In this document: positions 18,315 to 27,848 of the stretch, in pieces
Layout of the letters: every line of letters starts with the position of its first letter
Numbering within the stretch: the first letter of the stretch is position 1
Source: Thermoplasmatota archaeon
GTDB taxonomy: Archaea > Thermoplasmatota > E2 > DHVEG-1 > B18-G2
NCBI GenBank assembly: GCA_029259115.1
Contig: JAPDJO010000018.1
Location: 17,937 to 81,936 of the forward strand
DNA length: 64,000 bases
Direction of reading: 5' to 3'
The notes under the pieces: model-generated
Seen by the model: only the letters and a program-made list of their open reading frames with translations
Database searches by the model: none
Told to the model about the DNA's origin: nothing
Program-made: the position numbers and the translations under genes

Positions 18315-20287
18315 GGATCAAATACTTGCTTCTTCTTGGATTTTTACTCTTCTGCTCGGCTATCATACTAATGGTCACAGATAGTGCAAAAGCAGGATCT
18401 TATAATGGCACAGACATAGCTCTAGCGATACTTCATGATCCTTCAACATTGATATCTTCATATTATGAAGATAGCGATCCAACCAATCAGTTCAGACAGA
18501 GAGCCATACTTGACTCCCTAGGGATACTGAGCCCAACAGATGGGGATACGTTTGCTATGCTAAGCACTGGAATAGCTGGAGCTACACCAGTAACGACGAA
18601 TTCTGAAGACCCTGGAAGTGAAGAGGGAACATGGTTCGGACCTCATTCTCCAGGTCCAAGGGGACCTTTCGATCACGCAAAATTGATACTCAATCTCACG
18701 GTACCTGAAGGCATGCATAATGTATCTTTCGATTTGCAATTTTTCAGCATGGAATATCCTGACTTCGTAGGTACTATCTACAACGATAAAGTCAATGTTA
18801 CGGTTATATCTCCTTCTAAAGGTATAGGATACTATCAGTTCGATGTTAACAGTGGAGATTTTGTCATGAAATCTAGAGATATACCCGGAACAGGTTTTGA
18901 TCTATTTGCTGTAAGGTGGAGCTGGTGGTATAGGAAATGGGTACCAACGTCGCCGTCGGGAGTAGATACAGTAACCACTACTCCTTATTGGAGTGATGAT
19001 GCAGGAGCTGGCGCTCTCATAACAAGAGTATTTCCGGTATCTCCAAACGAAAACATTACTATAATATTCCAGATATGGGATGCTGGAGACAATATATTTG
19101 ACAGTGCTGTCTTCATAGACAATGTGAGATTTTCAGGATATGGCTATCCTGATGTCAAAGCTGTTAAAACTTGGCAAGATGTGAATGGTGATACCCTCCA
19201 ACCTGGAGATAGGATTAAATATACCATAACTTTGAGTAACATAGGCAACGTTTCCTTACCGGATAATCCAGGTTATGAGTTTGAGGATCCCATTCCAGAC
19301 AACACAACTTTCGTTCCAGGCTCTATATACTGTAGCTCTGGTACTTGCACCTATTTAAGTGATGAAAACAAGATAGTTTGGAGTGGAAGCATACCAAAAG
19401 AGAGTAGCGTACTTATAACATATCAAGTCGAGGTTTATTCCAATCTTACCGAGACTTCCATAATATCGAATCAGGGTACGATGTACTGGGATAAAGATGA
19501 AGATGGAACAAACGAAGCAACCGAACTCACAGATGATCCAAGTATAGATGATGGGATAGATCAAGACGGAGATGGTGAAACATGGGACGATGATCCTACC
19601 ATAGCTGTTGTTCTACTAGAGAACCTTTCTGAACTATCAGAGGACTTCTCAGATGATACGCCTGGCGCGGGAGCGAGTCAAGACTTTTATGGATTTGATT
19701 GGTTTGATACGAGCTTCTCTGATGATCAGGGATACTTTGGTGTAGCAGGTGGCTATTATTACTCCACACCCAATTCCTTCAAAGTGCAGATGAGATCGAA
19801 CATGAGTAAACAGTATTGGAATTACAGCTTTGGTTGGCTATCATCGGAGCCGAACGTAAGTTATTGGGAAGTATATTTTGCATGCGGGAACAACAGCGAA
19901 GAATCTGATCTCATCTTATCATTCAAAGATTCTGAAGGAAATGAGATCGCTAGGTTGAAATTTGATTATGAAAACACTGGTAGCGATCTTCCAAATAACT
20001 TTGCGCCTTGCCTGTATTACATGAATAGAGATGAACAATGGGTTAAGATTTCTACAGATTATCAAAATGGATATCTCTACAATGGATGGTATAAACTAAG
20101 GATAGAAACAAACGGTACCAAACTTGATTACATACTCTACAGAAATGATAACATTACCGATAGAAAGACCGATTATTATCTGGAGGTTGAACTTTCTGGG
20201 CTATCAAAAGTAGAATGGTACTCTACCAAGAATCCTGTCGTCTGTCCAATGTTTTTCTTTGATGAGCATAAAATAGGATTTTCCTAG
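18311..20287 (+). CDS. secreted multidomain surface protein (choice-of-anchor L-like plus DUF11-like domain)
   Basis: Signal peptide; LSTG, F.S.EYP.FVG..YND, DAGD.IFDSAVFID; PGD.I.YTI.L.N.G...DPIP..T.FVPGS; Asp-rich DxDxDG loops. Confidence 0.7.
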   Translation: MRIKYLLLLGFLLFCSAIILMVTDSAKAGSYNGTDIALAILHDPSTLISSYYEDSDPTNQFRQRAILDSLGILSPTDGDTFAMLSTGIAGATPVTTNSEDPGSEEGTWFGPHSPGPRGPFDHAKLILNLTVPEGMHNVSFDLQFFSMEYPDFVGTIYNDKVNVTVISPSKGIGYYQFDVNSGDFVMKSRDIPGTGFDLFAVRWSWWYRKWVPTSPSGVDTVTTTPYWSDDAGAGALITRVFPVSPNENITIIFQIWDAGDNIFDSAVFIDNVRFSGYGYPDVKAVKTWQDVNGDTLQPGDRIKYTITLSNIGNVSLPDNPGYEFEDPIPDNTTFVPGSIYCSSGTCTYLSDENKIVWSGSIPKESSVLITYQVEVYSNLTETSIISNQGTMYWDKDEDGTNEATELTDDPSIDDGIDQDGDGETWDDDPTIAVVLLENLSELSEDFSDDTPGAGASQDFYGFDWFDTSFSDDQGYFGVAGGYYYSTPNSFKVQMRSNMSKQYWNYSFGWLSSEPNVSYWEVYFACGNNSEESDLILSFKDSEGNEIARLKFDYENTGSDLPNNFAPCLYYMNRDEQWVKISTDYQNGYLYNGWYKLRIETNGTKLDYILYRNDNITDRKTDYYLEVELSGLSKVEWYSTKNPVVCPMFFFDEHKIGFS

Positions 20288-20288
20288 T

Positions 20289-20948
20289 TCACTCCCTTAT
20301 GCCGTAGTAGAATTTTATCTCTCTCATGTAGTTTTCCATCTCTTGATCAAACTGATTGTAATATGGACTCAGCTCGTTAAATATATCCATCTCATGACTA
20401 GCTTTTGCATTCTCGCCATCTTGATAATAAATAGATGCATTCTCTAGGTGCCAACTCATAAGATTGCCATAATAAGTAAGATTGATAGCAGAGTGAGTGT
20501 AGTTGATATAAAGCTCTAAGATCACGCTGTATTCCTCGGTTGATGAATTTGTAGATAATAGCATGTAGTGAAGAGCTTTTTTAAATACATAGTTGGATCT
20601 GTTGAAATAGAACTTTGCATCAAAAGTGAGATTCTTGGTTTTCTCGTAATCTTTCCTTTCAAACCAGAAGTTTGCTTTTTCTAGATTAATCTTTGCATTC
20701 TTTAGATCATCTCTAGCTGTATCCAAGTAAGTTAAAGCCATGGACATGTTGTCAACGAATTTCTTTGCCTGAGATGTTACAAACTCTATCTTTTCTTCAT
20801 AGACCACCCTTACTTCTTGTAACCTGATCCTGTTTTGATAATCTGCAATAATATAGGTCATGGTTATCACAACAATCATTATGGATACCATTCCCAAAAA
20901 TAGTGTTAAATCAAACTCTCTTCCAGCGAACTTCACCCTCCTCATCAT
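20289..20948 (-). CDS. hypothetical membrane-anchored helical protein
   Basis: One N-terminal TM then helical repeats; 219 aa. Confidence 0.6.
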   Translation of the reverse strand: MMRRVKFAGREFDLTLFLGMVSIMIVVITMTYIIADYQNRIRLQEVRVVYEEKIEFVTSQAKKFVDNMSMALTYLDTARDDLKNAKINLEKANFWFERKDYEKTKNLTFDAKFYFNRSNYVFKKALHYMLLSTNSSTEEYSVILELYINYTHSAINLTYYGNLMSWHLENASIYYQDGENAKASHEMDIFNELSPYYNQFDQEMENYMREIKFYYGIRE

Positions 20949-20961
20949 TTGAAAGAATAGA

Positions 20962-21546
20962 CTAAGGATATAAAGAGTTGTTGTTTCTTAAAGAGATTCT
21001 GTAGGAGTATAAATCCTCAAAAAATATGTGCCTCTTCGTTATCACCTCAAATTCATAGATACTGTTATATTTTTCTTCTAAAAACTCTCTATTGGTCAAG
21101 CTGCTCATAACCATATAAATCTCCCCACCAGTTTCAAGATATCTCCAGGCATCTCCAAGAAATCTGTCAATAACCTCTACTCCTCCTTTGCCTCCGTCCC
21201 AAGATATATCCTCTCCTTTGGTGGGAAGATAAGGTGGGTTGAATGTTATCAAATCAAATCTTTCATCAATATTTCTAAACAGATCAGTTTTTACAACTCT
21301 AAGCCTAATGTTGTTTATTTCCGAGTTGAGTATGGTATTCTCTATAGCTTTTTCACTAATATCAGCAGCCACTACATCCAGACCAGATTTTGCTAGATGT
21401 AATGCTACTATTCCAGTTCCACAACCCATGTCAAGCGCTTTTTCGTGCTTCTCTATGTTTATAGACTCTATGAGAAGATAGCTATCATCAGCTGGAGGGT
21501 AGACGCCAGGCAGCACCCTTATTTTTATATCCTGATCTATTTTCAC
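20962..21546 (-). CDS. HemK2/MTQ2 family protein N5-glutamine methyltransferase
   Basis: VYPPADDSYLL, LDMGCGTG, FNPPYLP, WDGG..G. Confidence 0.9.
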   Translation of the reverse strand: MKIDQDIKIRVLPGVYPPADDSYLLIESINIEKHEKALDMGCGTGIVALHLAKSGLDVVAADISEKAIENTILNSEINNIRLRVVKTDLFRNIDERFDLITFNPPYLPTKGEDISWDGGKGGVEVIDRFLGDAWRYLETGGEIYMVMSSLTNREFLEEKYNSIYEFEVITKRHIFFEDLYSYRISLRNNNSLYP

Positions 21547-21591
21547 GGGAAAAGTATAAGTTCGGGTATTTTATATATGAATTGGGATGGG

Positions 21592-23355
21592 ATGAAGGTA
21601 AAGATAGCACTGATTGGTCTACTAGCTTTCATCGTGTTCATAATAGTTCTCATCTCCTCTAATGCAAAAACTATAGTTGTAGACAAAACTGGAGGTGGAG
21701 ACTTTTCGAGCATAGGAGAGGCTATAGAAAATGCAAGTGATGGAGATATAATATTTGTAAAGTCTGGTGTGTATCAGGAAAATCTAATTATCGAGAATAA
21801 AAGCATATCTATAATGGGGGAAAATAAGGAAGAGACAATAATAGAGGCATTGAACAATGGTCATGTTTTGAGACTCTACAATGTCAGTAGCTCCAGCATA
21901 TCTGATTTAACTATCAGAAAGGCAAAAGGCACAGGAAATGACTGCATATTTCTAGAGTACTGTACCAATGTAACTATAAGTAACTGTGTAATAGAAAACA
22001 GCCAAGATAGTGATGGCATATCTATGTATAGATGTTCAAATATAAGCGTAAGAGGATGTGATATAAGGTATAATTCTCAAGGTAGCGGGATAATAATGAT
22101 GTTTTGTTATAACAACACTGTTACTGGAAACACAATATACGAGAATCAGAAAGGTATAACTATACAGTATCTGTCCTCTAACAATAAGATAATCGAGAAT
22201 ACAATCAAAGACAATACCCTGTATGGTATATGGATAATAAGCTCTTCTTCAGATAACATAATGTCCAAGAATACCTTCCAAAACAACAACCCAAATGCTG
22301 AGGATAAATGTTCAAATTTCTGGTATGATCCTATCGAGAAAAAAGGAAATTATTGGGACGATTACCAAGGCAAAGATTCCAATCATGATGGAATAGGAGA
22401 TACACCGTATCAGATACCTGGGGGAGATAACCAAGATATCTATGTTTTAGGTTTTTTTGCTCAAGAAGAGCCATCTCAACCTAAGAATCAAAAACCTGTA
22501 GCTGATGCAGGAGGAGAGTACCATGGAATGGTGAATTCAAGTATAACCTTTGATGCTTCCCAGAGCTATGATCCTGATGGAGAGATCGTTGAATATATCT
22601 GGGATTTTGGAGATGGAAGCATAGGAAAAGGTAAAGTGGTTACCCACTCGTATTCTTCTCCAGGGGATTACACAGTAACTCTAACCGTAAGGGATGAAAG
22701 AGGAGCAGAGGATGATGATGTTACAACTGCTCACATATCTGAATATGTAGAGAACAAGGAGCCTGTTGCGATCATAGAGTTGAAGGATTATGCAATAGTC
22801 GGAGAGATCCTAGAGTTTAACGCTTCGAAAAGCTATGATCCTGATGGTGAGATAGTCAACTATGTTTGGAAATTTGGAGATGGGAAGGTTGCATATGGAA
22901 AGGTTGTTGAGCATGCATACTCTGAGTCTGGAACTTATAATGTAACTTTAGAAGTGGTGGACGATCTTGGATATACGAACTCGACCAAGAAATCTATAAC
23001 TGTATTGCCTGAGGGAGGAGAGATAAAGGCAGACTTCTCTGTAGAAACTAATCTACTATTTGTTGGCTCAGATATAGTATTCAATGCCTCCAAAAGCTCA
23101 GGAAGTATAATCTCGTACATATGGAGCTTTGGAGATGGAGAAAACATAACAACCTCTCTACCCATATGCAATCACACCTATCTCAAACCAGGGATATATC
23201 AAGTGAATTTAACAGTTGTCGGAGCTAACGGGGAGAAAGATACAAAATCCATTACTATAGTAATCGAGGGTGCATGGAAAAAGGATACGCCTGGCTTTGA
23301 ACTAATATTCGTAATACTTTCTATCGCAATATTCTATGTGGTGAGGAGGAGATGA
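21592..23355 (+). CDS. cell-surface protein: NosD/CASH beta-helix, three PKD domains, PGF-CTERM-like anchor
   Basis: Signal peptide from ATG 21592; DF.SI.EAI..A..GD.I.V..G.Y.E; GNYWDDY.G.D...DGIGD.PY; WDFGDG/WKFGDG/WSFGDG; C-terminal TPGF-TM-RRR. Confidence 0.85.
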   Translation: MKVKIALIGLLAFIVFIIVLISSNAKTIVVDKTGGGDFSSIGEAIENASDGDIIFVKSGVYQENLIIENKSISIMGENKEETIIEALNNGHVLRLYNVSSSSISDLTIRKAKGTGNDCIFLEYCTNVTISNCVIENSQDSDGISMYRCSNISVRGCDIRYNSQGSGIIMMFCYNNTVTGNTIYENQKGITIQYLSSNNKIIENTIKDNTLYGIWIISSSSDNIMSKNTFQNNNPNAEDKCSNFWYDPIEKKGNYWDDYQGKDSNHDGIGDTPYQIPGGDNQDIYVLGFFAQEEPSQPKNQKPVADAGGEYHGMVNSSITFDASQSYDPDGEIVEYIWDFGDGSIGKGKVVTHSYSSPGDYTVTLTVRDERGAEDDDVTTAHISEYVENKEPVAIIELKDYAIVGEILEFNASKSYDPDGEIVNYVWKFGDGKVAYGKVVEHAYSESGTYNVTLEVVDDLGYTNSTKKSITVLPEGGEIKADFSVETNLLFVGSDIVFNASKSSGSIISYIWSFGDGENITTSLPICNHTYLKPGIYQVNLTVVGANGEKDTKSITIVIEGAWKKDTPGFELIFVILSIAIFYVVRRR

Positions 23356-24161
23356 ACAGATATGGAGTAGTTGGAGTAATAGAAGCTATTTTGCTTGTAG
23401 CTTTATTTGCTATCATCTTGGCTACCATCCAACTTACCTATATCCCGAGTCTCATGGAAAACAGAGAAGCTGAACATATGTCTACTGTTAGCAATCAGTT
23501 CTCCCAACTCAAATTAGCTATAGATCTTCATTCGGTAAGCAGATCAAATTTCTCTATAAGTGTTCCATTAACACTTGGTAGCAGGGAAATACCTTATCTT
23601 GTGACAGCAAGATCTCTAGGAGAGGTTTCTATTGTAGAGAATGCTTTCAAGATTTCTGTAAAAACAGCTTCAGGCTATAGCAATTTTTCTCTTGGAATAA
23701 TAAGATATAATGCGAATAATGTCTACTATGTCAGACAGTCATACATTCTTGAATGCGGAGCTGTTCTATTAAGACAGAGTGGAGGTTATGACTCTATGCT
23801 TTCTCCGCCTACATTCTCTGCCAAAAAATCTGGAAACACCATATCTCTAAGCTTGCTGGCAGTTAATATAAGCAGCTACGCAAACAGAACGACAGAATCT
23901 GGATTAGATACAACATATATAAGAACAAATTACTCTTCCATGTCATCCTTTGATTTTCATGATATAGAGAGTTTGACCATATACACTTATTATCCTGATC
24001 CTTGGTTTAGGTTTCTAAATTACAGCATAGATAACTGCACAGTTACTGAGTATGATAACAGAGTTGTTGTTGAGCCTGAAAGTGGCTATCAAATGAATCT
24101 CCATCTCGATGTAATAAAGATTTATGCCCAGATAGGAAGAGGATGGATAGGTAATTTATAA
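23352..24161 (+). CDS. pilin-like protein with class III signal peptide (minor pilin)
   Basis: MNRYG|VVGVIEAILLVAL, then P......EAEHM..V..QF and Y..Q.YI.E.GAV...Q. Confidence 0.7.
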   Translation: MNRYGVVGVIEAILLVALFAIILATIQLTYIPSLMENREAEHMSTVSNQFSQLKLAIDLHSVSRSNFSISVPLTLGSREIPYLVTARSLGEVSIVENAFKISVKTASGYSNFSLGIIRYNANNVYYVRQSYILECGAVLLRQSGGYDSMLSPPTFSAKKSGNTISLSLLAVNISSYANRTTESGLDTTYIRTNYSSMSSFDFHDIESLTIYTYYPDPWFRFLNYSIDNCTVTEYDNRVVVEPESGYQMNLHLDVIKIYAQIGRGWIGNL

Positions 24162-24193
24162 AAATAAAAATATGATGTAGAAGAGGAGATCTT

Positions 24194-24976
24194 GTGGAGC
24201 CTGAGGTGTATCCTCCAGATACAAAAGAGATTCTACCGAGTGATGTCCTAAAAACAGGTATACCTGGATTTGATGAACTCTTTTCCATAGGGGGCATACC
24301 AAAAGGAAATATAGTTATAGTCGCAGGCGGACCAGGCGTAGGGAAAAGTACATTTTGCAGACAGATATGCAACAATCTTGCCTCAAAAAAACACCCCTGT
24401 CTCTATGTGAGTTTTGAAGAAAGTGTGGAGAGAATAGAAAAAAGCATGATAAGTTTTGGATGGGATGTCGAGAGATACGAGAGAGAAGGAGTATTTGTGA
24501 TTCAGAAGATGAATCCTCTCGATATACTAAGAATCAAATTTGGATCCATAGGTGGAGGAGAATCCGCAGCAGAAATAACTGCGAAGATAGAACCAATAAC
24601 CATACCAAGAGGTTTTAATCCGGAGGTTATAGTTGTAGACTCTTTGACAGCAATAGTAGCAGCTACAATAAGCAAAGCTAAAAACTATCGTATATACCTC
24701 CAACAGTTGTTTAGCTTCTTTGAAGAAACAAAAGCAACCACATTCTTGATCACAGAGACAGATGAGATTCCAAAGAGATACAGCTCTACAGGTATAGAGG
24801 AGTTTCTTGCTGACGGAATAATAGTTCTCTATAATATACAAAAGGGCAGTGTCAGGGAGAGTGCGTTAGAAATTGTAAAGATGAGATACACCAGACACGA
24901 AAAAAGGATAGTTGCCTTCGAAATCACAGATAAAGGTATAGTTGTCCATCCGAACAGGCAGGTGTCTATAGATTAG
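24194..24976 (+). CDS. KaiC-like RecA-superfamily ATPase (single domain)
   Basis: TGIPGFDEL, GGPGVGKS, YVSFEE, IVVDSL, EEFLADG, KMRYTRH. Confidence 0.9.
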   Translation: MEPEVYPPDTKEILPSDVLKTGIPGFDELFSIGGIPKGNIVIVAGGPGVGKSTFCRQICNNLASKKHPCLYVSFEESVERIEKSMISFGWDVERYEREGVFVIQKMNPLDILRIKFGSIGGGESAAEITAKIEPITIPRGFNPEVIVVDSLTAIVAATISKAKNYRIYLQQLFSFFEETKATTFLITETDEIPKRYSSTGIEEFLADGIIVLYNIQKGSVRESALEIVKMRYTRHEKRIVAFEITDKGIVVHPNRQVSID

Positions 24977-25268
24977 ATAGTTTGCTTAAGAATCTCATTA
25001 TTTCTTCTTTTCCACAGTCCCTCGAGATTTCTATATCTAAAGGTAAAGTTTTATCATCTCTTCTAATAAGAGGAACAAAGACCTCTCTTCCATCTGGCAT
25101 TTTTGTGTGTAAAAGAACTGCATCTATCGATTTCTCCTTTTCCAGTATCTCCATCGCCTCCCTATTTGTTCTTGCTGTTGTTACATCGATATTTTCTTCT
25201 TCAAGCAGAGATCTAATCTTTTCTAGAATGCTGTTATCCTCATCAACAATCATAACAGATTTTGTCAT
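24966..25268 (-). CDS. atypical truncated receiver (REC) domain protein
   Basis: VMIVDED...A....EA...L....D.VLL-H-TKMP: REC N-terminal half with His at the phosphoacceptor Asp position. Confidence 0.7.
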   Translation of the reverse strand: MTKSVMIVDEDNSILEKIRSLLEEENIDVTTARTNREAMEILEKEKSIDAVLLHTKMPDGREVFVPLIRRDDKTLPLDIEISRDCGKEEIMRFLSKLSNL

Positions 25269-25312
25269 GGATAAACAAAAAGGGGTAAAAGATTATTAAA
25301 GTTATGGTAAAA

Positions 25313-25768
25313 CTATAAGACCTTTATCTGGAGAGTATCCTGAGCCGTCGGCGCAAATCCTGCGCCTTCCCAGACTATTATCAGATAATCTCCTCTCTTT
25401 ACACCTCTGAATGTGAAGCTAAACGAACCTGTTCCAAAGTCACTCTTAGATTGGCGATGCTTGATTTCCCCTGTTCTGAGATCCTTGATTAAACATTCTA
25501 ACAAGTTGATATTCTGTGCATACCCTCTAACATAAAGTGTAGAACCTATTATCACCGTCTTTCCGTAGGGTAATATGGGTCTCCCAAATATGTGGAGCCA
25601 TCCTCTTCTCGGCATAGTGATTCTTATCTCGCTACCCGAGAATGATTCTATACTATCGTCTTTCTTATCTTGAACATCTCTTCTGATTTCTACAGCATTG
25701 GACAATATAGGCAGTAGTATCACTATAGCTATGGAAATGGCAAACACGGGGATTATCTTTCTTTTCAT
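25313..25768 (-). CDS. secreted hypothetical protein (Ig-like domain)
   Basis: Signal peptide; I.I..P..G.L.I.G..I......T.IIG motif shared with 27849-28577; RBS AGGTGA. Confidence 0.65.
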   Translation of the reverse strand: MKRKIIPVFAISIAIVILLPILSNAVEIRRDVQDKKDDSIESFSGSEIRITMPRRGWLHIFGRPILPYGKTVIIGSTLYVRGYAQNINLLECLIKDLRTGEIKHRQSKSDFGTGSFSFTFRGVKRGDYLIIVWEGAGFAPTAQDTLQIKVL

Positions 25769-25807
25769 TCTCTCACCTTTTAATTCTTTTCAACACATAA
25801 TAAATTT

Positions 25808-26035
25808 CTATATAAATACGAATGGATCGCTCTGCGCGTGCAATCTCTTTCCACCTTTATCCTCTATCTCCTTCTCCATCGCTTTTAGTTGCTTTTGACC
25901 CAAACCTGTTCTTGTATATATTAAGCGGTCATTCTCATAAACAGTTATACTACCTTTTGTATAATCGATTACCGCTTTCATCAGATTTTTTCCATCTTGA
26001 AGCCAAACCCATATGTGTATCCCTGGTTTCAACAT
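25808..26035 (-). CDS. small hypothetical protein
   Basis: 75 aa from ATG 26035 (MLKPGIHIWVW...DPFVFI); protein-like composition. Confidence 0.55.
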   Translation of the reverse strand: MLKPGIHIWVWLQDGKNLMKAVIDYTKGSITVYENDRLIYTRTGLGQKQLKAMEKEIEDKGGKRLHAQSDPFVFI

Positions 26036-26129
26036 ATTATCAAGTAAAATTCTATTAATTTGAATTAATAAATATTTGTGGACAACTCTTATCCAAAACA
26101 ATAAAAATGATTCACTCTTTCCCGTATCG

Positions 26130-26621
26130 ATGAGATTCAGAGGTTATAAACCTCCAAAGGAGTTGAGGGTTTTGTTTATTGTACATTACGCTCCTCTGCT
26201 CCTGATTATACTAATAGGTCCTTTAACACCTATATGCAAATTCTGGTATCACTACGATCTTTGGGAGATCCCTCTTCCTATGCTACCAACGATAATTGTA
26301 GGTCTTCTAATATTTCTAGGAGGAGCAATATTCTTTATGAAGTGGGAGATGTTCTGGGATAAGACTTACAAAGGTCAGCTGGTAACAGATGGTTTTTTTA
26401 AATACATAAGGCACCCTCATTATTCCTCTTTACTCATCATAGGCTTAGGTTTAGCTCTCTTTTTCTACTCTATCGCTGCGCTAGCAATTGCTCTGATTGC
26501 ATTTCCAATAATGGCGTGGAGCGTAATAGATGAGGAAAAAAGATTATTGAAACAGTATGGTAAAGAATATGAAGAATATATGAAGAAGGTAAAATGGAGG
26601 CTCATACCAGGGATATTTTGA
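26130..26621 (+). CDS. isoprenylcysteine carboxylmethyltransferase / PEMT-like membrane methyltransferase
   Basis: LVTDG.FKYIRHP.Y, EE..L...YG.EY..Y...V.WR.IPGIF; start placed at ATG 26130. Confidence 0.85.
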   Translation: MRFRGYKPPKELRVLFIVHYAPLLLIILIGPLTPICKFWYHYDLWEIPLPMLPTIIVGLLIFLGGAIFFMKWEMFWDKTYKGQLVTDGFFKYIRHPHYSSLLIIGLGLALFFYSIAALAIALIAFPIMAWSVIDEEKRLLKQYGKEYEEYMKKVKWRLIPGIF

Positions 26622-27628
26622 TAGACGAACTTGCAAGAAAGAAGGCGGAGCTCATATCTTACGGCTCCATAGAGATACCGAGATCTCTTCTCTCCAAGCT
26701 ATCTGTAGAGAGATCGAAGTCTGGTCCATCTTCTGGAAAGTCTATGGTTGGTTTTGAATTTGGAGGGAAAAGAGTTAAGTTGGAAGCATCGAGGAAAAAC
26801 GAGAGATTTGACTTGGTCGAAGTTGATGGGAGATTCATTATAAGAGATAGAGGAAAAAATTTCCTTGAGGTTAGACCATTAGATGTCTCAACGCATGCCC
26901 CAGATCAAATCTTTATATCTCTAGAAAATAGATGCATCTATAATTGTCTCTTTTGTAAGAAAAGCAGTATAAAGATAGATGATGATAGATTGTTGAATTT
27001 TGTGAAAAGAATCATGGATAGTAAAGGTATAAGATCTGTGGCTATAACATCTGGAGCTTATCCCTCGGTAAAAAAGCAGATCGACAGGATAGAGAAATTC
27101 ACTAAAATGTTAAAAGAAAGTTATGATGATATATCTATTGGTGTTGAGCCTCTAGTCGAATCCAAAGAAGATGTCTCTAGATTAAGATCTGCTGGAGCAG
27201 ATGAGATAAAGATAAATATCCAGTTTCCAAGAAAGGATCTCTTTGATAAGATCTGTGGCTATATGGATCATGAGAGGATCTTCGATCTTCTGGATCATGC
27301 AGTAAACGAGTTTGGAAAAGGTAAAGTTACAAGCAATGTGATCTTTGGGATTGGAGAGAGAGATGAAGATATCGAGTATGCTATTGAAAGATTGACTGAC
27401 AAAGGAGTGGTGCCGAATCTGAGATTGATAAGGCTATATCCGGAAACAAAGAAACGCTTAGAGAGTAGACTTGGTTACAAGATAGAAAAAACCGCTCCAT
27501 CTCGGATATTAAAACTTGCTATTATTCATAAGAGAATACTCGAAAGGAAAGACCTAACAACTAGGAGCTTCAAGACCATGTGTTTTGCATGTGGATGTTG
27601 TGATATTATACCATTCTGGGATGTGTAA
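26594..27628 (+). CDS. radical SAM protein (biotin synthase-like fold, unknown function)
   Basis: CIYNCLFC CxxxCxxC motif, AITSG, SN.IFG.GE, C-terminal CFACGCCD; true start may be TTG 26618. Confidence 0.85.
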   Translation: MEAHTRDILIDELARKKAELISYGSIEIPRSLLSKLSVERSKSGPSSGKSMVGFEFGGKRVKLEASRKNERFDLVEVDGRFIIRDRGKNFLEVRPLDVSTHAPDQIFISLENRCIYNCLFCKKSSIKIDDDRLLNFVKRIMDSKGIRSVAITSGAYPSVKKQIDRIEKFTKMLKESYDDISIGVEPLVESKEDVSRLRSAGADEIKINIQFPRKDLFDKICGYMDHERIFDLLDHAVNEFGKGKVTSNVIFGIGERDEDIEYAIERLTDKGVVPNLRLIRLYPETKKRLESRLGYKIEKTAPSRILKLAIIHKRILERKDLTTRSFKTMCFACGCCDIIPFWDV

Positions 27629-27848
27629 ATCTGCATACCAGCACTGCTTAACTGGAGGAATAACGATAGATTACCAAAAGATATTGACTAATTGGATTTT
27701 GCTATCTCTCTAGCTCTCTTGCCAACAATAAATAATCTCGCTATAAACTCAATCTCTCTAGCCTCGTTTTTGTTGTGGACATTTCCTACTATGATCATCG
27801 GTATTATTTTTGTATTGAGAATTTAAAGGAATTGTTGTACAACTCTTG

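Noticed and set aside
21445-21591. Upstream extension of the NosD-PKD gene
   Set aside because: Overlaps the divergent methyltransferase; the signal peptide starts at 21592
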